Origin: Candidatus Bathyarchaeia archaeon
GTDB lineage: Archaea > Thermoproteota > Bathyarchaeia > Bathyarchaeales > Bathycorpusculaceae
Direction: 5' to 3'
Assembly (NCBI GenBank): GCA_049512935.1
Contig: JBEKWR010000009.1
Span: 1 to 64,000, forward strand
DNA length: 64,000 nt
The notes beneath the pieces were generated by a model that was given only the letters and a program-made list of their open reading frames with translations, did not search any database and was not told where the DNA came from. Positions 39,196-48,828 of the stretch are shown here, piece by piece. Numbering within the stretch: position 1 is the stretch's first letter; each line of letters begins with the position of its first letter. The position numbers and the translations under genes were made by a program.

Positions 39196-40707
39196 TTACT
39201 CTCCTGCCAATTTCACTCCGAGGATTCTTGATTCAGATCTGCTTAATCCGACGCCTCTAAGTGCTAAGCGGTTGCCACGTAGGCTTTCAATGGCGTTTAT
39301 TCCCATGCCGCCCATCATGTCCTTGATCTCTAGGCTCCAGCTGTTGAGCAGGTTGACAAGCCGTTTGGAAGCGATGTCAGGGTTGATGCGTTTGCTAATC
39401 CACGGATCACTTGTTGCGATGCCCCACGGGCATTTGCCAGTGTAGCATTTTTGGCAAACAGTGCAGCCCATAGCTATCAAAGCAGCGGTGCCGATGTACA
39501 CAGCGTCAGCGCCCAAAGCAATTGCTTTGAACACGTCTGCGCTGCTTCTTATGCCGCCTGCAATAACCACGGAAGCCTGATTGCGTATGCCTTCTTCCCG
39601 GAGGCGCTGATCCACCTGTGCAGTAGCCAACTCGATGGGTATGCCAACGTTGTCTCGAATCGTTTTCGGCGCCGCGCCTGTTGCGCCTCGAATGCCGTCT
39701 AAAGCGATTATGTCTGCGCCTGCCCGAACCATGCCGCTTGCAATTGCCGCCGCGTTATGAACTGCCGCGATTTTCACGGAAATTGGCTTAGTGTAGTTAG
39801 TTGCTTCTTTGAGCGCGTAGATGAGTTGGCGAAGGTCTTCGATTGAGTAAATGTCATGTTGCGGGTAAGGTGAGAGTGCGTCGGTACCCTCGGGGATCAT
39901 GCGTGTTTTAGCCACGTTTGGAGTGACTTTTTCACCTGGCAGGTGTCCGCCTATGCCTGGTTTCGCGCCTTGCCCAATTTTGATTTCAACGGCTGCCGCG
40001 ATATCTAGGTATTTGGGGTGCACACCAAACCGTCCAGATGCAACTTGGACAATGGTGTGGGCGCCGTACTTGTAGAGGCTTTGGTCTAAGCCGCCTTCTC
40101 CAGTGTTAAAGTAGGTGCCGCATTCGGTTGCTGCCCGCGCAAGGGATTCATGCACGTTTAAGCTGATGGCGCCGTACGACATGGCGGAGAACATTATCGG
40201 AGTGTCAAGGCAAAGCTGCGGAGTAAGCTGCGTCTTCAGGACCACTTCGCCGTTTTCCGTTCCCAACTCCAGCTTGTCAGGTTTCGCGCCGAGATAGGTT
40301 CTGATTTCCATCGGTTCACGCAACGGGTCAATCGAGGGGTTTGTGACTTGGCTCGCGTTAAGCAGCAGTCGATCCCAGTAGGTGTAGTAGGGTTTGTCGT
40401 TGCCCATGCCTGTTAGAATTACTGCGCCGTTCTCAGCCTGCTTCTTGACATCCTGAATGGCTTCAAACGTCCAGTTGGCGTTCTCTCGGTTAGCGTTAGG
40501 GTTCCTTCTTATGGTAATTGCATGCGTCGGGCAGAAGGTTACGCAGCGTTGGCAGTTGACACAGTTCTCTTCCTTGCTGCAGACCGTGTCGGTTTCTTCA
40601 TCGTAGGAGTGGGTCTCGTATGTGCATTGGTTAACGCATACCTTGCAGCGTATGCATCGGTTTTGGTCGCGTTCAACTATGTACTCGGGAATCACGTAGG
40701 TTTTCAT
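39196..40707 (-). CDS. gltB: Archaeal glutamate synthase FMN-binding subunit with N-terminal ferredoxin
   Basis: AMSYGAIS, NTGEGG, QVASGRFGV, EIKIGQGAKPGIGGHLPGEKV, QHDIYSIEDL, CTVCQKCYTGKCPWG. Confidence 0.95.
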   Translation of the reverse strand: MKTYVIPEYIVERDQNRCIRCKVCVNQCTYETHSYDEETDTVCSKEENCVNCQRCVTFCPTHAITIRRNPNANRENANWTFEAIQDVKKQAENGAVILTGMGNDKPYYTYWDRLLLNASQVTNPSIDPLREPMEIRTYLGAKPDKLELGTENGEVVLKTQLTPQLCLDTPIMFSAMSYGAISLNVHESLARAATECGTYFNTGEGGLDQSLYKYGAHTIVQVASGRFGVHPKYLDIAAAVEIKIGQGAKPGIGGHLPGEKVTPNVAKTRMIPEGTDALSPYPQHDIYSIEDLRQLIYALKEATNYTKPISVKIAAVHNAAAIASGMVRAGADIIALDGIRGATGAAPKTIRDNVGIPIELATAQVDQRLREEGIRNQASVVIAGGIRSSADVFKAIALGADAVYIGTAALIAMGCTVCQKCYTGKCPWGIATSDPWISKRINPDIASKRLVNLLNSWSLEIKDMMGGMGINAIESLRGNRLALRGVGLSRSESRILGVKLAGE

Positions 40708-41828
40708 TGAGTTTGCCCCCCTGCTAAAGCCTTACTTTTTAGTCTGCACACAACGGGTTCTCCTCCTCTTGGTGCCCAGAACTTGTCGAGCTGAGGCGAA
40801 ACCAATCTCATGGCAGACTCTTCCGACGACAAGTACGTGAAGTCGCCGTTTGTGCCAGCCACCAGCGGGCGCAGCTTTATTCGGTCGGTTAACCCTATCA
40901 TTTCGCCGTGATGAGCGACGACAATGCTGAATGGCCCGTTCATGAGTAGGCTGCCGTAGGTCTGACGCAGCACTGTCAGCAGATGCGCTTTTTTGGGTTC
41001 CATGCGGTCTATTTCACTCCACAGTGGCGCGGCAAGGACTTGAGCCACCAGCTCGATCGGCAGCTTCTGTCTGCGCATAAGCAAATCAACCGTATAAGCC
41101 AAGACTTCAGTGTCAGTCTGCATCGTGCACTTGTAACCGTACATCTCAAGGTAGCGGCGATTTATGCCGTAGGATGAGAGTTCACCGTTATGAATCACGG
41201 TCCAGTCCAAAATGTTGAACGGGTGTGCTCCGCCCCACCAGCCAGGAGTGTTCGTTGGGAATCTGCTGTGGCATGTCCAAAGGTACCCCATATAATCCTC
41301 AAGGCAGAAGAAGTCTGCAACGTCTTCAGGGAAGCCTACGCCCTTGAACACGCCCATGTCTTTGCCGCTTGAGAAAACAAACGCCTTTCCCGTTTCAGTG
41401 TTGATGCGCATGATAGTTTCGATTATGTAGTCTTCTTCGGTTTGGTTTTCAGGTCTGTTTTTCTTGGGTTGAACGAAGTAGCGCCAAACCAACGGTGGAT
41501 TATGCACGTTTGCTGGTCTTGTCTGCATTTCTTCGTCGTAGATCATGTCAAACCTCGAAGCGAGAATGCGGTTAGTCTGCTCCTTCGCGTCCTTGCTGAG
41601 GTACATTATGTGGAATGCATAGTAATCTTTGAAGTCTGGGTAGATGCCGTAAACCGCGAAGCCGCCGCCTAAACCGTTTCCTCGGTCATGCATGTTCGTT
41701 ACTGCACGCACAGGATCCTTGGAACTGAAACGTTTGCCCTCCGTGTTCATCATGCCGAAGATGGCGCAGCCTGAGAAATCCTTGTCGTCGCCGAAGGGAT
41801 TGATTATTTTTCTATCATCTTGGTTCAT
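40704..41828 (-). CDS. Glutamate synthase class-II glutamine amidotransferase subunit (GltB domain 1)
   Basis: GCAIFG, HDRGNGLGGG, HSRFPTNT, AHPF, HNGELSSY, TDTEV, DRIKLRP. Confidence 0.92.
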   Translation of the reverse strand: MNQDDRKIINPFGDDKDFSGCAIFGMMNTEGKRFSSKDPVRAVTNMHDRGNGLGGGFAVYGIYPDFKDYYAFHIMYLSKDAKEQTNRILASRFDMIYDEEMQTRPANVHNPPLVWRYFVQPKKNRPENQTEEDYIIETIMRINTETGKAFVFSSGKDMGVFKGVGFPEDVADFFCLEDYMGYLWTCHSRFPTNTPGWWGGAHPFNILDWTVIHNGELSSYGINRRYLEMYGYKCTMQTDTEVLAYTVDLLMRRQKLPIELVAQVLAAPLWSEIDRMEPKKAHLLTVLRQTYGSLLMNGPFSIVVAHHGEMIGLTDRIKLRPLVAGTNGDFTYLSSEESAMRLVSPQLDKFWAPRGGEPVVCRLKSKALAGGQTQ

Positions 41829-41829
41829 T

Positions 41830-43110
41830 TTATTGCACCACACTCATTTTCTTCTGCAGAGTAACTGGGAACGCTGCCCAGCTGAAGTCGTCTTCCAAGA
41901 GTTGCTGCTTAAGTTTTTTCACGTTTATCGCGTTCTTCATCAGGTAGAACAGTATGCCCGCCCGTTCAATGGAGTTCACAAGGGTCATCCCAACGATGAC
42001 GTTGTTCCTGAGAACCAGCTTCTTGTAGACGTTGTGTTCGGGTTCAAACTTAATGAGCACTTCCAAAGTTGGATCTTCCTTCGGGTTAGCTAAACCTACA
42101 GAGACGACGGGTATGCCGAAGTACTTGAGGGCGCTCATGTTGGTGCCGCCCGCATACGTGGTTTTCCTGCCTGCCATGTTGTAACCCGCAACCTTGCCTT
42201 CCAGCACGGCAAGCGGCCAAAGAGGCAAAAGACGGTTCTGGTTAAGAACAAAGTCGTATGCTTCAGCCACGTCGCCGCTCGCGTAAACGTCAGGCACGCT
42301 TGTCTGCATCATGTCGTCAACCACGATTCCCCTGTTAATTTTCACCGTCGTTCCCGCCACCAGTTCCGTGCGCGGAATAACGCCGATGGCTACCACGACA
42401 AGGTCGCAGGGCACCTGGTCACCTTTGGTCAAGATTACTCCGCCGACCGCGCCATCGTTGCCTGGTTTGCCGACGATTTTCTGAACCGACTGACCCGTGA
42501 TGATGTTGACGCCTGCCTTGCGGACAACAGCTTCCACAATGTCTGAGCCTTTAGGATCCAGAAGCAGGCTTAGAATTTTGTCCTGCAACTCCACCATCGT
42601 GACCTTTAAGCCGCGTTTAACGAGTGCTTCGGTTACGCTTATGCCGATGAGCCCTGCACCTATGACCACTGCTGATTTTGCGTTTATGTTGCCGATTTTT
42701 GCTGCAAGCAACTGGGCGTCCTTGAGGGTTGTGAAGGTGAACACTCCATCCTTATCCGAGCCCTCCATCTTTGGAACGAACGGTTTGCCGCCTGTCGCAA
42801 TCAGCAGCTTTTCGTAAGGAACCTTTTCGCCGTCTTCAAGCTGGACCAGTTTCTCCTCAAAATTTAGCGCTGTGACTTTTTTTCCTATGAGTGCTTCCAC
42901 CTTGTTTTCTTCCCAGAACCCCTCTGTTCGGCAATCGACCCTTTTGAGGTCCGCTTTACCGCTGACAAAGTCGCTAATCATCGGTCGGCTGTAGTGGGAG
43001 CAAGCTTCCTCGGTTATCACGGTTATGGTTCCAACTGGATCAACTTCACGGATGGCTTCAACCGCACCTAAGCCCGCTGCTGAAGCACCCACAATCACGT
43101 ATTTTGCCAT
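41830..43110 (-). CDS. NAD(P)/FAD-dependent oxidoreductase (NirB/Nox-like)
   Basis: GASAAG, YSRP, LIATGG, GAGLIG, VYASGD. Confidence 0.9.
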   Translation of the reverse strand: MAKYVIVGASAAGLGAVEAIREVDPVGTITVITEEACSHYSRPMISDFVSGKADLKRVDCRTEGFWEENKVEALIGKKVTALNFEEKLVQLEDGEKVPYEKLLIATGGKPFVPKMEGSDKDGVFTFTTLKDAQLLAAKIGNINAKSAVVIGAGLIGISVTEALVKRGLKVTMVELQDKILSLLLDPKGSDIVEAVVRKAGVNIITGQSVQKIVGKPGNDGAVGGVILTKGDQVPCDLVVVAIGVIPRTELVAGTTVKINRGIVVDDMMQTSVPDVYASGDVAEAYDFVLNQNRLLPLWPLAVLEGKVAGYNMAGRKTTYAGGTNMSALKYFGIPVVSVGLANPKEDPTLEVLIKFEPEHNVYKKLVLRNNVIVGMTLVNSIERAGILFYLMKNAINVKKLKQQLLEDDFSWAAFPVTLQKKMSVVQ

Positions 43111-43111
43111 G

Positions 43112-43558
43112 TTAGGGCTTCACCTCTTTGAAAACCAACGCTTCATTGGGGCAGTTGGCGACGCATGCTGGCGTGTCAAAGCCTTGGCACAGATCGCACT
43201 TCGCGACTACATGTCCTTCCTTATCCATCATTATGGCGCCGTAAGGACAAACCATTACGCAAGTCCAGCAGCCCATGCATTTCTCAGCGTTATGCGTGAC
43301 CAAACCTGTTTTCTCGTCTTTTTGCATCGCGCCTGACAAGCAGGCGGTTACGCAGGGAGCGTCGTCGCAGTGTCTGCACTGGATGGCGAATGAGACGGGT
43401 TTGTTCCGTTCTACCTTTACCCTGCTTACGGGTCTGGGGCGTTCGCTGTTGTAGGCTTTGATCACGTCTTTTGACTTTGAATGTTGAACTATGCAGTACA
43501 CTTCGCATAGTCCGCAGCCCATGCAGTTTTCTTGTTTTGCAATTATTCTTTTTACCAT
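43112..43558 (-). CDS. 4Fe-4S dicluster protein
   Basis: CMGCGLCEVYC, CRHCDDAPCVTAC, CMGCWTCVMVCP, CDLC...CVANCP. Confidence 0.92.
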   Translation of the reverse strand: MVKRIIAKQENCMGCGLCEVYCIVQHSKSKDVIKAYNSERPRPVSRVKVERNKPVSFAIQCRHCDDAPCVTACLSGAMQKDEKTGLVTHNAEKCMGCWTCVMVCPYGAIMMDKEGHVVAKCDLCQGFDTPACVANCPNEALVFKEVKP

Positions 43559-43750
43559 GGTTTAAACCTCAATTTTCACGTTTAGCGTGGACAAGTGAGC
43601 ATTAAAATGTGCAACTCAACGTCGCTTGTACATAGGACGCTCTTGGCCGTAGTTGATTGTTTACCATGCGTCACTATTATTTTGCATGTGTTTACAGCCA
43701 TTTTTACCACCTTTCTGTAAAGAGTTAGCCCCATAAAATGGCATGTATTC

Positions 43751-43794
43751 TATATAACTTTGTTGGTAATCATTTATATGACAGTTCATGAACT
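43751..43794. promoter_or_regulatory. Divergent TATA boxes with 12-bp palindrome AGTTCATGAACT
   Basis: TATATAAC at 43751-43758 (minus-strand TATA), TTTATAT at 43773-43779 (plus), perfect palindrome 43783-43794. Confidence 0.55.
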
Positions 43795-43830
43795 ATGTAA
43801 TCTAAATGAAACATATATCAGGCGAGAGCT

Positions 43831-44934
43831 TTGGCAGAAAAAGACTTAGGCTATAGAAGAGTCCAATGCACGGGAAGAGGCTCATACATCACATCCCTGC
43901 CCAAAGAGTGGGTACAAGACCTTGACCTCAAACGAGGCAGCGAAATAGCTTTCTACATAGAACCAGACTCCACGCTGATGCTTGTTCCGAGAAAAATTCA
44001 GGAAAAGGAAGGTCGCGGCAACGCGGCTAAACCCAAAGAGTACTACATCACCATTGACCCGAAGGAAACCGTGCAGTCCGCTGTGAGAATGATAAAAGCC
44101 CTGTACGCGATAGGCGCCGACATAATCAGAGTTCACATCAAAAACCCGCAGGATGCAGCCAAATACAAAAATGAAATAAAAACCTTAGCCAGAGACAGCT
44201 TTCTTGGCTCAGAGATAATCGATGAGACATCAGATGAAATCACCCTGCAAATCCTAATAAAACACTCAGAGTTCCCAATTGAAAAAGCCGTTAGAAGAAT
44301 GGCGATAGTAGCGCTGTCCGCAAACAGAGACGCCATCGCAGCCCTCAAAGACCGAAACACCGCACTGTTTGACGGCGTAATCAACGCTCACAACGACGTG
44401 AACCGACTGGGACTGTACGTTGTTCGCCAACTCAAATACGGCATAGAACGGAACCTCTATCGGGAACTCGGGTTCAAAACACCCAAAGAATTCCTTCTCT
44501 ACCGCATAGCGGTTAACGATATCGAAAGCATCGCCCAAAACGCCTTAAACATCATTAACAATTTGGGTTCGCTTCAGAAACTGATTGAGGATGAAACGCT
44601 GTTCGTGAAAGACCCAATAGATGAAGAGGTATACAATCAGCTCGTGAATTTCAGTTCACTTGCTCAGGGGTCGTATGATGAGGCCATCAAAGCCTTGTTC
44701 AAGAGAGATTACAAAGACGCGGAGAGACTGATTTCGAAATGTGACTCCTTCATCCCGCTTGAAAATGAGTTGGTCATGCTGATGTCAAGCAAGAAACTTG
44801 ACCCCAACGTGGCTTCGCTGTTGCGCCTAATTTTTGATAGCTCACGGCGCATAATGGATTACAGCCGAAACATGGCGGAGCTCACGCTGAACCGAACAGT
44901 GGAAGAACAGTGCTCGACCTTGGCATACAAATGA
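43831..44934 (+). CDS. phoU: AbrB-PhoU family transcriptional regulator
   Basis: RRVQCTGRGSYITSLPKEWV (AbrB/MazE-like) followed by PhoU helical repeats. Confidence 0.88.
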   Translation: MAEKDLGYRRVQCTGRGSYITSLPKEWVQDLDLKRGSEIAFYIEPDSTLMLVPRKIQEKEGRGNAAKPKEYYITIDPKETVQSAVRMIKALYAIGADIIRVHIKNPQDAAKYKNEIKTLARDSFLGSEIIDETSDEITLQILIKHSEFPIEKAVRRMAIVALSANRDAIAALKDRNTALFDGVINAHNDVNRLGLYVVRQLKYGIERNLYRELGFKTPKEFLLYRIAVNDIESIAQNALNIINNLGSLQKLIEDETLFVKDPIDEEVYNQLVNFSSLAQGSYDEAIKALFKRDYKDAERLISKCDSFIPLENELVMLMSSKKLDPNVASLLRLIFDSSRRIMDYSRNMAELTLNRTVEEQCSTLAYK

Positions 44935-44976
44935 AGCTGCCGCTAAAAACTATGAAAAGTTAGACTGAAGGAATTT

Positions 44977-45085
44977 TGGTGCTCCGGCCGGGATTTGGAC
45001 CCGGGTCCGCGACTCGAGAGGCCGCTATACTTAGTCCCTTAGTAAGAAGCCTTAGTAAGGTTTGACCGGACTATACTACCGGAGC
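44977..45085 (-). tRNA. tRNA-Glu(CUC) with 31-nt intron at 21/22 (intron 45031-45061)
   Basis: Spliced sequence GCTCCGG TA GTAT AGTCCGGTCAA^GTAT A GCGGC CT CTC GA GTCGC GGAC CCGGG TCCAAAT CCCGG CCGGAGC A CCA; relaxed BHB formed by GGTC/GACT with AA^A and AA^G bulges. Confidence 0.93.
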
Positions 45086-45164
45086 ATTCGCAAAAGGGTG
45101 TGCTCAAAGAAATAAATATGTTTTTATGACCGAAAACTAAAGCCATCAATTTTCTCCGAGCGCC

Positions 45165-45518
45165 TTATGTTTCTTCGTCAAAACGCAAGAAAGCCTTTAT
45201 GGTTGCCATTATCTCAACCAATCCTTTTTCCGTTATGGGGGGTTGATAAGGGATTCGTAGCACTTCCCAACCTTGGGCTTCCAGCAATTCATCGATTTCG
45301 CTGTCCCGCTTTTGCTGTTTGTCGCTTGAATGCACGGGCATGCCGTCCAAGTAAACGATTTTGCGCTTGTTCATCCAGCAGAAGTCGGGAATCGTGGATT
45401 TCAGGATGATTGGCTTTTGGGTTACCATGCCGCTGGTTAACCCAGCTTTGCTTAGTTCATGGAACACTGCGATTTCTGCTTGGCTGACTTTAGGATGCAT
45501 ATTTGCCTTGTAGCTCAA
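45165..45518 (-). CDS. DUF559/Vsr-like endonuclease domain protein
   Basis: SQAE, IPDF, VYLDG..H, RD..IDELL...GWEVLRI. Confidence 0.8.
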   Translation of the reverse strand: MSYKANMHPKVSQAEIAVFHELSKAGLTSGMVTQKPIILKSTIPDFCWMNKRKIVYLDGMPVHSSDKQQKRDSEIDELLEAQGWEVLRIPYQPPITEKGLVEIMATIKAFLRFDEET

Positions 45519-45610
45519 GTTGTTTCCCGAAAGGAAGCATTATATCTGACCCTTAATAAATTATATACAAGAAAACGGTTAATCTTTTTGAAACGCGTAA
45601 CTAAAAGTAG

Positions 45611-45714
45611 TCTTGGCGGATCGCCCACGTTAACCCAAGACGCGAATCAAAATAAGCACCTGGTTGTCAGGGTTTGCGTAATTCGCGCCCCGTTTAACCG
45701 CTGACCCGCCAAGA
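45611..45714 (-). ncRNA. Candidate structured RNA (long G.U-rich hairpin)
   Basis: Minus strand pairs TCTTGGCGGGTC/GATCCGCCAAGA, GTTAA/TTAAC, CGGGGCGCGAATTA/TGATTCGCGTCTTG and CCTG/CAGG; TATA-like ATTTATA at 45770-45776. Confidence 0.45.
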
Positions 45715-45878
45715 ATGGGTGTACCTCTTGGATGGCTATTTCTCGCAAGAATAACAATCCTTTGCGCCGTATAAATGGAGTTGTGGTTGTCTTGTTGCAA
45801 CAACAAGCATGCAAGCTTCGCTATGGTAACTTAAATTTCAGGTTTGCAAATGATAGAAACAGACGTTCGCTTGCTTCA

Positions 45879-46091
45879 TTATTCATTTGCAATTTGGCGC
45901 GTTTCTTCAAAAATTGCTGGCAAAATCGTTACGCCATCATCCTTCGGTGCCTTAGGCTTTTCAGATTCTGACCTTTTCCGGTTGCTTATCAAGAACATGC
46001 TCCAGCCCATAAAGAAGATAAAGATGAGCGCTGGAAAGAAAAGAAGTACCATGATGTTTTTGCGTTTACGAGTGCCTTTTTCAGTTGCCAA
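45879..46091 (-). CDS. Small single-TM membrane protein
   Basis: AGGTG upstream; one hydrophobic helix LLFFPALIFIFFMGWSMF. Confidence 0.65.
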   Translation of the reverse strand: MATEKGTRKRKNIMVLLFFPALIFIFFMGWSMFLISNRKRSESEKPKAPKDDGVTILPAIFEETRQIANE

Positions 46092-46226
46092 CTTTCACAC
46101 CTGATAACCCTTCTGCAGATTACAAGATAAGCTTTGATAACGTCTAATAATGATTCAAAATCCACAAATCCAGGGACAATCAATCCAAAAAAAAGAAAGA
46201 AAAAATATGTTAAACAACCTAAGTTG

Positions 46227-48647
46227 TTAGCTTTCAGTCTTTTTCTGCATTTCGAACCCTGGATATTCCTTCAGTTTAGCAGCCATAACTGTGAGTTGCT
46301 TGTCAACTAGGTAATTGACTGTTCCCTCCTCAAAAGTTCCGTCCGCTGATCTTTCGCCAGCTTTGGTTCCCGTGAGAAACTCGATGCCTTCGTCGATCGT
46401 TTTTACCGAGTAAATGTTGAATTTGCCTGCCTTCACTGCCTCGATAATTTCTTCTTTCAGCATCAGGTTTTGCACGTTGCTTTCTGGAATCATTACCCCT
46501 TGTTGACCAGAGAGCTCCTGCAGCTTGCAGACTTCAAAGAAACCTTCGATTTTCTCGTTGACCCCGCCTATGGCTTGAACTTCCCCCTTCTGGTTGACTG
46601 AACCAGTCACGGCTATGTTCTGCTTTATGGGCAGTCCAGAGAGCGCTGACAAAATCGAGTACAGTTCGGTGCTTGAGGCACTGTCGCCTTCGACGCCTTC
46701 ATAGTTTTGCTCAAAAACCAGTCTTGCGGAAAGGCTCAAAGGTTTGTCTCGGGCGTATTTGTCGTTTATGTACCCGCTGAGGATAAGGACACCTTTTGTG
46801 TGTATGGGTCCGCCCATCTTGGCTTCTCGCTCAATATCGATTACCCCTTCCCTTCCTAAGCCTATGCTTGCCGTGACGCGTGAAGGATTCCCGAAAGCAA
46901 AGTCGCCCATACCCATGACAGATAAGCCGTTAACCTGCCCGACCTTTTCTTGAACAGTGTCTATCAGGAAGAACCCGCGTTTTATCATTTCCTGGATTTT
47001 TTCTTGGACCAACTTTGAGCGGTAAACTTTTTCCTCTATAGCCTTCTTTATGTGGCTTCCAGTTATGAACTCGGAATTGTCTTGTACAGCGTAAAAGTTC
47101 GCTTCTCGAATTATGTCAGCGGCATAGGCGAATTGGGTCGATAGCTTGTACTGGTCCTCGGCAAGCCTTGAACTGTACTCAACTATTTTAGCGACGCCTG
47201 TCCCGTCTAAGTGTTTGAGGTTTTCCTTTTCGCAGAGCGAACAGACCCAAGCGGCATACTGCATCACTTTATCCTCAGTTCTATCCATCACACTGTCGAA
47301 TTCTGCCTTGATTTTGAAGAGGTCTCGGAAGTCAGGATCCATTTCAAACATCATTTGGTAGAGGTAAGGACTCCCAATCAAGATAACTTTGGCTGTTAAA
47401 GGAATAGGCTCGGGCTTGATCGTTTTAACGCTGAGGAACCCATAACGTTCTTCAGGTTCAGCTATCGTCATGTTTCCGTCTCTGAGGTCTCTTTTTAGGC
47501 CGTCGTAGGCTAAGGGGTTTTGCAGCAATTCTTCAACTGGAATAATCAGGTATCCACCGTTAGCCTTGTGGATTGATCCCGCCCGAATCATGCTGAAGTC
47601 GGTTGTTAAAGCTCCGAACTGCGCTTCTTTTTCTGTTTTGCCCAAAAGGTTAGTGTACGTTGGGTTTGTTTCCATGACAACTGGGGCGCCCTTGGTTTCG
47701 GAGTTGTCGATGACAACGTTCACTTCATACTTCTTGTAGGGGTCTTCTCTCATCCAAGGCAACTGAAACGGGAATTGCTCTTGCTGTTCACCGCCACTGC
47801 TCCGCCTGATGAACTGCTGCAGGTTATCCAACATGTCGTTCTCAACGGCTTTAAGATATTCCGTCACTTCGGAGAGCCCACGGTATTTCTCACTTAGGCT
47901 TTCCACAAGGTTGCCTATGGCGTAGAGCGCAACTTCCCTGTTGAGCTTCTTTAAAGCTTCATGAATTTGTCTTTCCATATCAATGAGCTGCCGCATCGCG
48001 TTCCTAAACTCAATTTCCAGCTTTTCCCTTTTCTCCTGCAGTTTATCCTTCGTTTTTTGAGGCAACGCCAACATTTCTTCTTCGCTCAGCGGTTTTCCAT
48101 CTAACACTGGAATCAGCAGCAAACCGATGGGTGTGGTTTGAATAACGAAGCCTTCACTTTGAGCCTTCTCGTTTGCCTCTTCAATCAACTGTTTTCTCTT
48201 TTCTTCCAACCCTCGGACCGTCGCATCTCTTCTTGCCACGTAGTCATCACTCTCAAAAGCCTTAGGAAGCGCGTTCTTGACGTTTTCAATAAAGTTCTTC
48301 ATGTCATCTCGAAAATCCTTACCTTTCCCAGCGGACAACTGAATGGCTTTCGGTTCGTATTGGTTACTAAAATTGTTAACGTAGCACCAGTCAGAGGGAA
48401 CAGGCTGGGTTTTAGCTTGCGCTTCAACGAAATTTTTAACAGTAGTTTTTCTGCCCGTTCCCGGCCAGCCTGCCACGTACATGTTGAAACCGTGATTTTT
48501 TATGCCGAGCCCAAACTTTAAGGCTCGAACGGCTCTTTCTTGCCCGATGATCTCGCTTGAAGGAGTCAGATCCTTGGTTGATTGACATTGAATAAGGTCA
48601 GGGTTGCATTCGTTTCGGAGTTTTTCTACAGACAATTTGGTTGCCAT
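46227..48647 (-). CDS. Lon-like protease (LonC/AAA_32 plus S16 domain)
   Basis: IIGQERA, DWCYVNNF, GSIHKANGGYL, GQVNGL, IHTKGVLIL, FEQNY.GVEGDSAS (Ser), IGGVNEKIEGF (Lys). Confidence 0.92.
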   Translation of the reverse strand: MATKLSVEKLRNECNPDLIQCQSTKDLTPSSEIIGQERAVRALKFGLGIKNHGFNMYVAGWPGTGRKTTVKNFVEAQAKTQPVPSDWCYVNNFSNQYEPKAIQLSAGKGKDFRDDMKNFIENVKNALPKAFESDDYVARRDATVRGLEEKRKQLIEEANEKAQSEGFVIQTTPIGLLLIPVLDGKPLSEEEMLALPQKTKDKLQEKREKLEIEFRNAMRQLIDMERQIHEALKKLNREVALYAIGNLVESLSEKYRGLSEVTEYLKAVENDMLDNLQQFIRRSSGGEQQEQFPFQLPWMREDPYKKYEVNVVIDNSETKGAPVVMETNPTYTNLLGKTEKEAQFGALTTDFSMIRAGSIHKANGGYLIIPVEELLQNPLAYDGLKRDLRDGNMTIAEPEERYGFLSVKTIKPEPIPLTAKVILIGSPYLYQMMFEMDPDFRDLFKIKAEFDSVMDRTEDKVMQYAAWVCSLCEKENLKHLDGTGVAKIVEYSSRLAEDQYKLSTQFAYAADIIREANFYAVQDNSEFITGSHIKKAIEEKVYRSKLVQEKIQEMIKRGFFLIDTVQEKVGQVNGLSVMGMGDFAFGNPSRVTASIGLGREGVIDIEREAKMGGPIHTKGVLILSGYINDKYARDKPLSLSARLVFEQNYEGVEGDSASSTELYSILSALSGLPIKQNIAVTGSVNQKGEVQAIGGVNEKIEGFFEVCKLQELSGQQGVMIPESNVQNLMLKEEIIEAVKAGKFNIYSVKTIDEGIEFLTGTKAGERSADGTFEEGTVNYLVDKQLTVMAAKLKEYPGFEMQKKTES

Positions 48648-48828
48648 GTTAAAATCACTTCATTCGGAAGAGGAATTTCCTAATTTTACTCACGTTTTGG
48701 TCGGTAATTAAGTTTCTGTTACTCCAAATTTCGATTTCCTCAATAGTTTAAGTGGCATAAAAATAAATAGCACTTGCTTGCTAAGAGCTAAACGCATAAA
48801 CGGCGAATCTACGTTTGGAGACAGAAAC

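Noticed and set aside
46227-48647. Degenerate Walker A (GWPGTGRKT) in Lon
   Set aside because: Expected for the LonC-type family.
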